Below, piece by piece: positions 54,865 to 63,818 of a DNA stretch of 64,000 nucleotides; position 1 is the stretch's first letter, and the number at the start of each line of letters is the position of its first letter. A program made the translations under genes and the position numbers. The notes below the pieces were generated by a model. That model was not told where the DNA came from. It saw nothing but the letters and a program-made list of their open reading frames with translations, and did not search any database. Source of the stretch: Desulfovibrio sp. (GTDB lineage: Bacteria; Bacillota; Dethiobacteria; DTU022); NCBI GenBank assembly GCA_020060545.1, contig JAGUZX010000131.1, positions 856 to 64,855 of the forward strand, read 5' to 3'.

Positions 54865-55668
54865 ATGCTGATTGTCGGAGAAAAAATCAACACCAGTCGT
54901 AAAACGGTCAAGGAAGCGGTGGAAAAAAGGGACGCCGCCTTTATCCGGGCTCTGGCCCGCCGCCAGCTGGAAGCGGGCGCGGACTACATCGATGTGAACT
55001 GTGGGACCTTTCTTCAAAATGAACCGGAGCTGCTGAGCTGGCTGGTACGGGAAGTGCAGGATGAACTGGACGGGCGCCCCCTGTGCATCGACAGCCCCAA
55101 CCCCGCCGCCGTGGAGGCCGCCCTGGAGGCGCACCGGGGCACGGCGATGCTGAACTCGATCAGCGGGGAAAAAGAGCGCTACGCGGCGCTGGAACCGCTG
55201 ATCGTGCGCCACGGCTGCAAGGTGGTCGTGCTCTGCATGGACGACGCCTCCGGGATCCCCCCCGATGCGGCCACCCGCTTCCAGATCGCCTCCCGGATCA
55301 TTGAAAGCCTGGTCCAAAAAGGGGTTAAACCCGATGATATCTACGTGGATCCCCTGATCCAGCCGATCAGCGTGGACACGAAAAACGGGCTTTCCGCCGC
55401 CGAGACGATCCGCCTGGTGCGGGAGCGCTACCCCGGTGTCCATGCCATCTGCGGCCTGAGCAACATCTCTTTCGGGCTGCCGGAGCGCAAGCTGTTGAAC
55501 CAGGCTTTTATGGTCGTCTGCGCCGCCTACGGGCTCGATGCCGTAATCCTCGACCCCGAGGACCAAAAGATGATGGCCTTGGTTCATGCCGTCGGAGCGC
55601 TCCTGAACCGTGACCCCTACTGCGGCGCCTACCTCAAGGCTTACCGCAGGGGTAGCCTTACTCCTTAG
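54865..55668 (+). CDS. Pterin-binding (DHPS-like TIM barrel) methyltetrahydrofolate:corrinoid methyltransferase family protein (MtgA/MtvA/AcsE-like)
   Basis: The ATG lies 4 nt after AGGAGTGA. MLIVGEKINTSRK...GADYIDVN...LCIDS...LNSIS...VDPLI...GLSNISFGLPER.LLN are the pterin-binding family blocks. Confidence 0.8.
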   Translation: MLIVGEKINTSRKTVKEAVEKRDAAFIRALARRQLEAGADYIDVNCGTFLQNEPELLSWLVREVQDELDGRPLCIDSPNPAAVEAALEAHRGTAMLNSISGEKERYAALEPLIVRHGCKVVVLCMDDASGIPPDAATRFQIASRIIESLVQKGVKPDDIYVDPLIQPISVDTKNGLSAAETIRLVRERYPGVHAICGLSNISFGLPERKLLNQAFMVVCAAYGLDAVILDPEDQKMMALVHAVGALLNRDPYCGAYLKAYRRGSLTP

Positions 55669-55816
55669 CCGGAAGGCATGTTCCCAGGTTCTTTTAGATT
55701 TAACCGGCGCTGGCAGAGGTTGAGTGAAATGGAGGGGAAATATCCACCCGCAATCCGACTTTTGACCTTTGACCTCTGAACCTAGACCTCTGACTGCCAG
55801 TATGAGAGGTGCTTTC

Positions 55817-56446
55817 ATGCTGAAAGAACAAACGCTCGAACAGTTTGCCGCCGCGGTGAGCTCCGGCAGCCCCACCCCCGGCGGTGGGAGCGTTGCCGCC
55901 CTGGCGGGGGCGCTGGGAGCGTCGCTGCTCGCCATGTACTGCTTCTTAAGCGCCGGCCTGGAAAAATACGGGGCGGCGGCGCTGCTGCTGGAACAGGCCG
56001 GGCTGGAAGCGCGGGCGCTCGCCGCAAGCCTGCTGCTGTCCGTCGACCGGGACGCCGGCGCGTTCGACCGGGTCATGGAAGCCTACCGCTTGCCGAAAGA
56101 GGCCCAAGCGGAAAAAGAGCGGCGCCGGCAAGCGATCCAGGCGGCGCTCGTGGAGGCCGCCCGGGTCCCGCTGCATACCGCCCGGGAGTGCCTGCGCGTG
56201 CTCGAACTGGCCGGTGCCGTTGCCGGGCGGGGGAACCCTTCCGCGGTGACCGACCTGGGTGTGAGCATTCTCCAGGGATGGTGCGGCCTGCAGGGCGCCT
56301 GTTACAACGTTCTGATCAACCTGGCTTCAATTGCGGATGAAAAAATAAGGGCGGAGCTTTCCCGGGAGGCGGCCGAGCTTACCGGCCGGGGCGAGCGGGT
56401 TTTTGCCGAAAACCGGCAGAAGCTTGAGCAAGAGATCAAAAAGTAA
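55817..56446 (+). CDS. Formiminotetrahydrofolate cyclodeaminase / cyclohydrolase family protein
   Basis: FAAAVSSGSPTPGGGSVAALAGALGASL is the signature N-terminus of the FTCD_C cyclodeaminase family. The protein is all-helical, 209 aa. Confidence 0.85.
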   Translation: MLKEQTLEQFAAAVSSGSPTPGGGSVAALAGALGASLLAMYCFLSAGLEKYGAAALLLEQAGLEARALAASLLLSVDRDAGAFDRVMEAYRLPKEAQAEKERRRQAIQAALVEAARVPLHTARECLRVLELAGAVAGRGNPSAVTDLGVSILQGWCGLQGACYNVLINLASIADEKIRAELSREAAELTGRGERVFAENRQKLEQEIKK

Positions 56447-56659
56447 GCGCGCAGCGTGCGGGCGCGCCGCCGGCGGCGACCGCGCGCTTATCCTGCCGCT
56501 GCACCGCCTGCATCGGCGAAAAGGTTATTCACCTGCCGGCGGGCGTTTGTGGAAACGCAAGGCAAACCGGGCCTTTGCCGCTGCCGGTATCTTTTGGCAG
56601 CACTCAGGCCCGGGGGCGAGCGGAATTATTTTCCCCTGGCGGGATCGGAGGGGTGCAGG

Positions 56660-57562
56660 ATGGCTGAAATGATTCAGTGTGTCCCCAATTTTAGCGAAGG
56701 GCGCCGCGGCGAAGTGGTCGAAGCCCTGGCGGACCAGATCAGGGCGGCCGGGGGGGTAAAGCTCCTGGATTATTCTCTCGACTGCGATCACAACCGCTCC
56801 GTTTTTACTTTCGCCGGCGGGCGAGGGGAGGTATTGGAAGCCGCTTTCCGCGCCGCCCGGAAAGCGGCCGAGCTGATCGATCTGCGCCGGCATCGCGGCG
56901 GGCACCCCCGCATGGGGGCGGTGGATGTCATCCCCCTTGTCCCGGTTTCAGGCGTGACCATGGCCGAATGCGCCGCCGCGGCGCGGGAACTGGGCCGGAG
57001 AATCGGTGACGAGCTGGCTATACCGGTTTTTCTCTACGAGGAAGCCGCCTCCGCGCCGGAAAGGCGGAGCTTGGCTGCCCTCCGGGCGGGCGAATTCGAG
57101 GGGCTGCAGGCGGCGATCGACGGGGGCAGGAAACCCGATTTCGGTCCCGCCAGGGTTCACCCCACGGCGGGAGCGGTGGCGGTGGGCGCCAGGAGGCCGC
57201 TGGTGGCGTTTAACGTCAACCTGAACACCGCGGATGTCGCCGTGGCCAAAAAGATCGCCGCGGCGGTGCGGGAAAGCAGCGGCGGGCTGGCCAATGTCAG
57301 GGCCCTGGGCGTCTACCTCGCGGAACAGCAGAAAGCCCAGGTCAGTATGAACCTGGTCAACTGCGACGCCACCCCGCTCCACCGTGTCGCCGAGTTGGTC
57401 CGGGTGGAAGCGGCCCGCTACGGGGTCGCCGTGGCGGAAACCGAAGTGGTGGGGCTGATCCCCCAGCAGTATCTCCTTGACGCCGCCGCCTATTACCTGC
57501 AGTTGAACCGCTTCACCCCTGACCAGGTCCTTGAAAAGCGGATTGCCGGGCAAACATTATAG
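56660..57562 (+). CDS. ftcD: Glutamate formimidoyltransferase
   Basis: The ATG follows GGAGGGG. MAEMIQCVPNFSEGRR..V...... D.DHNRSV.T..G, HPRMGA.DV.P. 300 aa. The track's 68-aa N-terminal extension is rejected. Confidence 0.9.
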   Translation: MAEMIQCVPNFSEGRRGEVVEALADQIRAAGGVKLLDYSLDCDHNRSVFTFAGGRGEVLEAAFRAARKAAELIDLRRHRGGHPRMGAVDVIPLVPVSGVTMAECAAAARELGRRIGDELAIPVFLYEEAASAPERRSLAALRAGEFEGLQAAIDGGRKPDFGPARVHPTAGAVAVGARRPLVAFNVNLNTADVAVAKKIAAAVRESSGGLANVRALGVYLAEQQKAQVSMNLVNCDATPLHRVAELVRVEAARYGVAVAETEVVGLIPQQYLLDAAAYYLQLNRFTPDQVLEKRIAGQTL

Positions 57563-57809
57563 TATGCAGGAATGCAGGAATTACAGGGACAGGGACAAGT
57601 TATACCCGGGCCGCATAACCGGTGCGACTTACTTTTGAACTGTCAGAGGGTTATAGCCACGCTGCGCCCGTGCATGCAGGTGAGACTTGTCCCGGTTGAT
57701 AGGTGTGAGCTTTACAGCTTTCAAGTCCCCTAGCCGTAGACGGCCTGCCGCCCGGCCTAAACAGAGGGGTTAAGCGAAGGTAAACAATTTTACCGGAGGA
57801 GGGCCTGCC

Positions 57810-59066
57810 GTGATCGAAGCGGATCTTTTCGTGAAAAACGCGTCCCAGCTCTTAACCCTGGCCGGGTCCAGCGAGACGCCCAAAAGGGGCGCCGCCCTGG
57901 CGGAACTGGGTGTCATCCGGGGGGGTGCTGTCGCCGCCCGGGCCGGGGAGATAAAGGCGGTGGGGAGAACGGCTGATTTGGAAAGTGAAATCAGCCTGCT
58001 GACCGGCGGGTGCGCCTACGATGCTTCCGGGAAGGTGGTCATGCCCTGTTTTGTCGAGCCGCACACCCACCTTGTTTTTGCCGGCAGCCGCCAGGACGAA
58101 TTTGTACAGCGCCTGCAGGGTAAAAGCTACCTGAAGATCCTCCAGGCCGGGGGCGGCATTTTGAACACCGTCAGGGCCACCGCCTCCGCCGGCCAGGACG
58201 AGCTGCTTTCCGCCGCGCGCCGCCGCCTGGATCTGTTCGCCCGTCACGGGGTTGGGACAGTGGAAATAAAAAGCGGTTACAGCCTGACGGTAGAAGGCGA
58301 ACTGCGCCTGCTGCGGGTGGTGCAGGAGCTGAGCCGGACTCACCCCCTGGACCTGGTCCCGACTTTCATGGGGGCGCACGCCTTTCCGCCGGTGTACCGT
58401 TCCCGCGAGGACGATTACGTCGATCTGGTAGCGGGGGTGATGATCCCCCGGGTGGCGGAAGAGAAGCTGGCCCGTTTCTGCGATGTTTTCTGCGATGTCG
58501 GGGTATTTACCCGTGAACAGGCCTGGCGCATCCTCACAGCGGGCAAAAACCACGGCCTGCAGCCGAAAATTCACGCCGATGAGCTGGCCTCATTCGGCGG
58601 GGCGGAGCTGGCGGCGGAAGTGAGAGCGGTTTCAGCGGATCATCTCCTGAAAGTATCGGGGGAGGGGATCGGGCGGCTGGCCCGGGCCGGGGTTGTGGCG
58701 GTCCTCCTGCCTGGCACCGCTTTTTTCCTTAACGAAGGTTTCGCCCCGGCCAGGCAAATGATCCGTGAAGGGGTGGCGGTGGCCCTTTCCACCGACTGCA
58801 ACCCGGGCTCCTCTCCGACCGAGGCGATCCACCTGATGCTGACCCTGGCCTGCCTGAAGATGAAGATGCTCCCAGCGGAAACCGTCAGCGCCGCCACGAT
58901 CAACGCCGCGCACGCCGTCGGGATGGCCCACCTGGTTGGGAGCCTGGAAAAAGGCAAACAGGCCGATATCCTTGTTCTGGACGCTCCCGACTATAACTAT
59001 ATCCCCTACCACTACGGCACCAGCCTGGTGGAGGCGGTTTTCAAAAAAGGCCGGCGCATAATTTAG
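57810..59066 (+). CDS. hutI: Imidazolonepropionase
   Basis: GTG after GGAGGAGGG. FVEPHTHLVFAG, KSGYSL, IHADE, SADHL and TDCNPGSSP blocks. Confidence 0.9.
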   Translation: MIEADLFVKNASQLLTLAGSSETPKRGAALAELGVIRGGAVAARAGEIKAVGRTADLESEISLLTGGCAYDASGKVVMPCFVEPHTHLVFAGSRQDEFVQRLQGKSYLKILQAGGGILNTVRATASAGQDELLSAARRRLDLFARHGVGTVEIKSGYSLTVEGELRLLRVVQELSRTHPLDLVPTFMGAHAFPPVYRSREDDYVDLVAGVMIPRVAEEKLARFCDVFCDVGVFTREQAWRILTAGKNHGLQPKIHADELASFGGAELAAEVRAVSADHLLKVSGEGIGRLARAGVVAVLLPGTAFFLNEGFAPARQMIREGVAVALSTDCNPGSSPTEAIHLMLTLACLKMKMLPAETVSAATINAAHAVGMAHLVGSLEKGKQADILVLDAPDYNYIPYHYGTSLVEAVFKKGRRII

Positions 59067-59124
59067 AAGTGAGAAGTGAGATGTTGGAAGTGAGAATCCC
59101 ACCCTCGGGGAGAAGCAACGCATT

Positions 59125-59152
59125 GTAGGGGCGCAGCACGCTGCGCCCCTAC
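59125..59152 (+). terminator. GC-rich hairpin after hutI (terminator-like)
   Basis: GTAGGGGCGCAGC-ac-GCTGCGCCCCTAC, a 13-bp stem. A TTTTT run occurs 13 nt further on. Confidence 0.5.
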
Positions 59153-59250
59153 GGGTGGGGGCGACTTTTTACCGGGTTGAGTATTCACGCTGGCGAAGAG
59201 CCTTTCCCTTTTTCCCTTTGTGTCTACAAAAGGAACGTTAAGGACCGTCC

Positions 59251-59826
59251 CTAGGTGTCCCTCCCCAGGTGCGCAAGCAGCTGCCGCTTTAAATCTGCCA
59301 GCGCGGCAGCGCAGGTGTCAAAAGCCCGGGCGGTTTCTGCTTGCCACCAGGCGGATCGTTCCGGGTTGGCGCCGTCGACGGCGCTGCCGCCGATGCCCGC
59401 CGCGCTCAACTGCTTCAGCAGCGCTTCCCGGCCTTCCTGCTCCGCCCGGTAACGGATTGCGGCAAGGCTGTCGCGGTGGCGCTGCCGGATCGACTCGGCG
59501 GCGGCGGCAAGGCTGCCGCTTTCTGCGCCGCCGTCCCGGCAGCGGTTCAGGGCCGCTGCGGCCCGTTCGATGTTGCCCGGATCCGCTCCCGCCACGATTG
59601 CCCTCAAGAAAGACTGCCTTGCTTTTGCGGCCGCTTCCTGCGGGTAGCGGTTGATGCTTTCCAGCACCTGCTCCAGCGTTGCTTTTTCCGACAGAAAGGA
59701 ACCGGCCAGGGCTTCCGCCGCCCGGATATATTTCTGCTGTTCATATGCCAGCGCCTCCCTGCCTCCGGCGGCCAGGTGGGCCGTCCGTTCCATGGCCAGT
59801 TCGCGGGACGATTTAATTTTAACCAT
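59251..59826 (-). CDS. Hypothetical helical protein (191 aa)
   Basis: The ATG at 59826 follows GGAGGTGAGG. MVKIKSSRELAMERTAHLAAGGREALAYEQQKYIRAAE... It is Ala/Arg-rich, and I recognise no family. Confidence 0.5.
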   Translation of the reverse strand: MVKIKSSRELAMERTAHLAAGGREALAYEQQKYIRAAEALAGSFLSEKATLEQVLESINRYPQEAAAKARQSFLRAIVAGADPGNIERAAAALNRCRDGGAESGSLAAAAESIRQRHRDSLAAIRYRAEQEGREALLKQLSAAGIGGSAVDGANPERSAWWQAETARAFDTCAAALADLKRQLLAHLGRDT

Positions 59827-59905
59827 CCTTTTCCTCACCTCCGGAAATATGATATCATAACGTTGATGTTTTGGGCTATGGCTGATCATAGAAGGAGGTC
59901 GCAGT

Positions 59906-60601
59906 ATGCGCATCAATGACCGGGTTTACGCTTATCCCTGGCGGGGCCGGGGCAACAACTGTAACAGCTATCTCTACAAGGGGAAGAAAACGGTGCTGTT
60001 CGATCCCGGCCACATTTACAACGAATTCCGTGAAAGCTGCCTCGAAGCCCTGGCGCGGCAGATGGCCGGCGACGGGTTCAGCCTTGAGGATATCGAACTG
60101 ATTTTATGCACGCACGCCCACCCCGATCATGTCGAGGCCGCCGGGATTGTGCGCGAGCGAAGCGGCGCCATGGTGGCGCTTCACCGGCAGGACGAATTTA
60201 TCCTCGAGGCGATCGAGCGGCGCTACGCCTCCGCCGCCGGCAAGGAGATCCCCGCCCTGCGGCCTGATTTCTATTTGCGCGAAGGGGACCTTGACCTGGG
60301 CCTGGAACAACCGGAGCAGATCCGCGTGATCCATACCCCCGGTCATTCGCCCGGCTCATCCTGCTTTTACCTGCCGCAGCAAAAAGCGCTCATCACCGGC
60401 GACACCGTTTTCGTCAACAGTATCGGCAGGTTCGACCTGCCCGGCGGAGACGAAGCCGTGCTCGGCGAAAGTGTCGCCAAGCTGGCCGGGCTCGGCGAAG
60501 TGGAGCTTCTCCTGCCGGGCCACATGGGCCATCTCGCCGGGGCGGAAGAGGTCCGGCAAAACTTTGCCCGGATCCGGCGCTTCTTCTTCGGCGAAAAGTA
60601 A
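59906..60601 (+). CDS. MBL-fold metallo-hydrolase
   Basis: CTHAHPDHVEAAG, TPGHSPGS and GDTVF motifs. Confidence 0.85.
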   Translation: MRINDRVYAYPWRGRGNNCNSYLYKGKKTVLFDPGHIYNEFRESCLEALARQMAGDGFSLEDIELILCTHAHPDHVEAAGIVRERSGAMVALHRQDEFILEAIERRYASAAGKEIPALRPDFYLREGDLDLGLEQPEQIRVIHTPGHSPGSSCFYLPQQKALITGDTVFVNSIGRFDLPGGDEAVLGESVAKLAGLGEVELLLPGHMGHLAGAEEVRQNFARIRRFFFGEK

Positions 60602-60607
60602 ACCCCA

Positions 60608-60678
60608 GGCACCAAGATGAGCTAAAAAGTTCATTCGGTGCCAGGCACCAAGATGAACTTTTTAGCTCATTCGGTACC
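60608..60678. repeat. Palindromic element family P, locus G (71-bp composite of four half-sites)
   Basis: GGCACCAAGATGAGCTaaaaAGTTCATTCGGTGCC-A-GGCACCAAGATGAACTttttAGCTCATTCGGTACC. It starts 7 nt after the MBL gene stop. Confidence 0.9.
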
Positions 60679-60717
60679 GGGACCGCGGCAAAAGGTGAAT
60701 AAACAGGAGGTTGTCAT

Positions 60718-61539
60718 GTGGACGCGTATCGCAAAATAATACTTTACGGGATCCTGTGCCTTGTTTGGGCGGCCGTTGTTCCCGGTTGCACGTGGTTTAA
60801 GGGAGGCGGGGCAACGAAGGATCTGCAGGAGTTCGCCAACGAGAGCGGGCCGGGGGTGTTTTACCGCCAGGCTGAACTGCCGCCGGCGGTGCAAGAGTGG
60901 GTGGAGAACGCCGCCCGCAACCTTTACCTCGGGCAGAGCCGGGTGTTCGGGGATTACCGTTATATCCTGGTCACCTACGGCCCGAAACCGACCGGCGGCT
61001 ACGCTGTCCAAGTTACCGGTGTCATCGCCGGGCCGCACGCAATAACGGTAGCCGTCAAGTTTAAAGACCCTCTCCCCGGGGAGATCGTGACTGAAGCTTT
61101 TACCTACCCTTACGACCTGGTCCTGATCCCCGCCGTCAACCTGCCGGTTGAGTTTGCCGGACACGGCGCTCAAGAGCATGTGATGGCTCTGTACGGGATC
61201 GATTCCCTGGCCCCGATCGTTGCCGCGTCAGCCTGGATCAAGGTTTTCGAGCCGGCTCCCGGCGCCGCCGTTACCGGCATCGTTCGGGTAAGCGGGGTGG
61301 CCTCGGTTTTCGAAGGGTTGATTAGCTACCGCATCGTCAGAAACGGTGCGGTGCTGGCGGCGGATCAGATCATGGCCGGGATGGGGGACTGGTACTATTT
61401 CGAGGAAGAGATCCCCCTGGCGGCGATTGTCCCCGGTATAACATCACCCCTGGCGTGCGTGCTGGAGCTGTTCACGATCAGCCCCAGAGACGGAACCGAG
61501 GCGGAAAAAGTTTCGATCCCCGTTACGCTCAAACCTTAA
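60718..61539 (+). CDS. Lipoprotein with a PrcB-C-like domain and a Gmad2 Ig-like domain
   Basis: GTG lies 7 nt after AGGAGG. Lipobox VVPGC. GPKPTGGYAVQVTGV...PYDLVLIP is PrcB_C-like. The C-terminal segment IRVSGVASVFEGLISYRI is Gmad2-like. Confidence 0.6.
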   Translation: MDAYRKIILYGILCLVWAAVVPGCTWFKGGGATKDLQEFANESGPGVFYRQAELPPAVQEWVENAARNLYLGQSRVFGDYRYILVTYGPKPTGGYAVQVTGVIAGPHAITVAVKFKDPLPGEIVTEAFTYPYDLVLIPAVNLPVEFAGHGAQEHVMALYGIDSLAPIVAASAWIKVFEPAPGAAVTGIVRVSGVASVFEGLISYRIVRNGAVLAADQIMAGMGDWYYFEEEIPLAAIVPGITSPLACVLELFTISPRDGTEAEKVSIPVTLKP

Positions 61540-61763
61540 GCGCTTTTCCAATGATCGCATTTTCCAGGCTGGCCGTTACCTCGAAGAAGCGGGTGACCGC
61601 TTTTTTTTTACTTGCCAAGCGATGTTTTGTTTAAAAGACAGGTGCTTGATTGACGGTGACTGATCAAACTCCGCCAAAGTCCTGCCGGCCGTCACAGCCC
61701 GGATAAGTTTTTTCCTGCGGCGAAAAATAAAAGCAAATCTTATGCAAAGCGGGGTATGGCATT

Positions 61764-63560
61764 ATGCGTTACGGTTACCTGTTGTGGGGTGTTCTGGCCG
61801 GCGTTGTCGGCGCCGTGGCGGGGGCGCTAATTTTGTGGGGTTCATGGCTTTTGCCGGTGCTGGGGCTGCTGCTGACCAGGGTCAGCTTGCTGCACGGTTT
61901 CTTCAGCCTGGCGGTCTTTGGCGCGCTGGGAGGGCTGCTCTACGCGGCGGTACTCCGGCGCCGCCGGCTCAGGCGGGCGGCGACGATCCTGGCCGGAGCC
62001 GCCCTCGGGGCTGTGCTCTGGCTGGGCGGGGCGCTGATCGTGATCCCGATGCTCCTCGGATTTACGCCCCAGGTGCAGAGCCCCCTCGATCATTGGGTGC
62101 CGCTCGTGGCGTTTGTCTTTTACGGCATCATTGTCGCCCTCCTCTACAGCCGGTGGAGCCTGAAGCAGTCCCGCGCCCGGATTTATTACGCGATCGGGCT
62201 GCTCGCGGCGGCGGCGATTCTGACGCCTTTCATGCTCCGGGCCGCCGTGAGCACGGAACCGGAAGCGCTGCAGCTGCCCGAAGGCTACCGGGCCGAAGTG
62301 GTGGCCAAGGGCTTTACCTTCCCTACTTCCATCGCGGTGGGGCCAAACGGGTTAATCTACGTGGCCGAATCCGGTTTTTCCTACGGGCCGAAAACCACCA
62401 CCGCCCGCATCCTGCTTGTTGCACCGGACGGCGCCGTCCGGGAGGTGGCCCGGGATTTTGAGGGGCCGCTGAACGGGCTGGCGCTGCGGGACAACCGCCT
62501 CTACGTTTCCCACCGCGGTAAGATCACGGAACTCAACCTGGATAGTGGCAAGCGCAGGGACCTGGTGACCGGCCTCCCCTCCCTGGGGGACCACCAAAAC
62601 AACGACCTGGTTTTCGGCGCCGACGGGGCGCTCTACTTCGGGCAGGGCAGCGCCACCAACGCCGGGGTGGTCGGCTCGGACAATTTCGTCTATGCCTGGA
62701 CGGACCGCTACCCCGACTTTCACGACCGGCCTTCACGCAGCTTTACCCTCACCGGCGAGAACTATGAGTCACTGGATCTGGGTACGCCTGATCCCGCCGA
62801 TACAAAAACCACCGGTGCCTTCGCTCCCTTCGGGACGAAAAGGGGACGCGGCGAAAAGGTTTCAGGGGCGGTCCCGGGCAGCGGGGCCGTCCACCGGTTG
62901 GATCTGGCTACGGGAGAGCTGTCTGTATACGCCGACGGCTTGCGTAACCCTTACGGCCTGGCCGTGGACGGCGGGGGCGCCATCTACGCCTCCAACCTGG
63001 GTTACGACGACCGGGGGGTCAGGGCGGTTAAAAGCTCGCCGGACTGGCTGGTCAGGCTGCGCGAAGGGGCCTGGTACGGCTGGCCCGACTATGCCGGCAC
63101 GATCCCCTTGACTGAACCGCTTTTCGCCTCCGGCAGGGGAGTCAACCGCCGGCCGCTACTTTTCGACCCCCCGCCGGTGGAGCCGCCGCTGGCCACCTTC
63201 CCGCCGCACTATTCGCCGATGAAGCTGGCCGCCGTTCCCGGCGCATTCCCGGCCCGGGGTTTGCTAGTCGCCATATTCGGCGACGGACAGCCCCTGACCG
63301 AAGACCTGGACCGGCTTGTGCCCACCGGCGTGCTCAAAGTCGACCCCGCCAGCGGCCGGTTTGATTGGTTTCTCCGGAACAAGGGCGGGGCGCGGGCCGG
63401 GCGCACGGGCAACGGCCTGAAAAGAGCGATCGATGTCAAGTTCAGCCCCGACGGTACCGCGCTCTACCTGCTGGACTTCGGGGTGATGGAGTTTACCGAT
63501 ATGGCCCCCAACGCCATCCCCCGCACCGGCGTGCTCTGGAAAATCATCCCATCAGAATGA
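61764..63560 (+). CDS. Membrane-anchored PQQ-dependent sugar dehydrogenase (SGDH)/sorbosone dehydrogenase-like beta-propeller protein
   Basis: About 5 N-terminal TM helices, then LPEGYRAEVVAKGFTFPTSIAVGPNGLIYVAE...GDHQNNDLVFGADGALYFGQGS...LRNPYGLAV, which are typical SGDH blades. Confidence 0.65.
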   Translation: MRYGYLLWGVLAGVVGAVAGALILWGSWLLPVLGLLLTRVSLLHGFFSLAVFGALGGLLYAAVLRRRRLRRAATILAGAALGAVLWLGGALIVIPMLLGFTPQVQSPLDHWVPLVAFVFYGIIVALLYSRWSLKQSRARIYYAIGLLAAAAILTPFMLRAAVSTEPEALQLPEGYRAEVVAKGFTFPTSIAVGPNGLIYVAESGFSYGPKTTTARILLVAPDGAVREVARDFEGPLNGLALRDNRLYVSHRGKITELNLDSGKRRDLVTGLPSLGDHQNNDLVFGADGALYFGQGSATNAGVVGSDNFVYAWTDRYPDFHDRPSRSFTLTGENYESLDLGTPDPADTKTTGAFAPFGTKRGRGEKVSGAVPGSGAVHRLDLATGELSVYADGLRNPYGLAVDGGGAIYASNLGYDDRGVRAVKSSPDWLVRLREGAWYGWPDYAGTIPLTEPLFASGRGVNRRPLLFDPPPVEPPLATFPPHYSPMKLAAVPGAFPARGLLVAIFGDGQPLTEDLDRLVPTGVLKVDPASGRFDWFLRNKGGARAGRTGNGLKRAIDVKFSPDGTALYLLDFGVMEFTDMAPNAIPRTGVLWKIIPSE

Positions 63561-63617
63561 AGGGATCCCGCCGCGGCCGCCAGCAATAGTTAATGCCTTG
63601 GACATTTCAAAGGGCTC

Positions 63618-63660
63618 AATAACTTAATAAATGGTGCCAGGCACCATTTATTAAGTTATT
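63618..63660. repeat. Palindromic element family P, locus H (43-bp perfect palindrome)
   Basis: AATAACTTAATAAATGGTGCC-A-GGCACCATTTATTAAGTTATT, the exact reverse complement of locus E (39932-39974). Confidence 0.9.
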
Positions 63661-63818
63661 ATGGGCCGGAGCCAAGCTGCCCAACACAAGGCATGATAAA
63701 AAAGGATATCCGGGGCGTCTTGTAGAAAGTTCATCCAGGTTAGCGCGGTGCAGCCGGCGCCGCTGTGTTCGGCGGAATTAAAGGGGCGGCGCATAAAATC
63801 GGATCCGGGAGTGATTCT

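Noticed and set aside
36623-59091. The shared 12-mer GATGTTGGAAGT just after the stops of the second MttB gene (36623) and hutI (59080), considered as a specific common motif.
   Set aside because: In a 64-kb window on two strands, on the order of a hundred exact 12-mer coincidences are expected by chance. The match does not extend further. It is kept only as part of the general purine-rich-spacer observation.
39932-63660. The two identical 43-bp elements, in mutually inverted orientation, considered as terminal inverted repeats of a 23.7-kb mobile element.
   Set aside because: Each element is itself a perfect palindrome, so orientation is defined by the single central base only. No transposase, integrase or flanking direct repeats are present. 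The intervening genes are ordinary metabolic operons. The elements belong to the wider 3'-UTR palindrome family.
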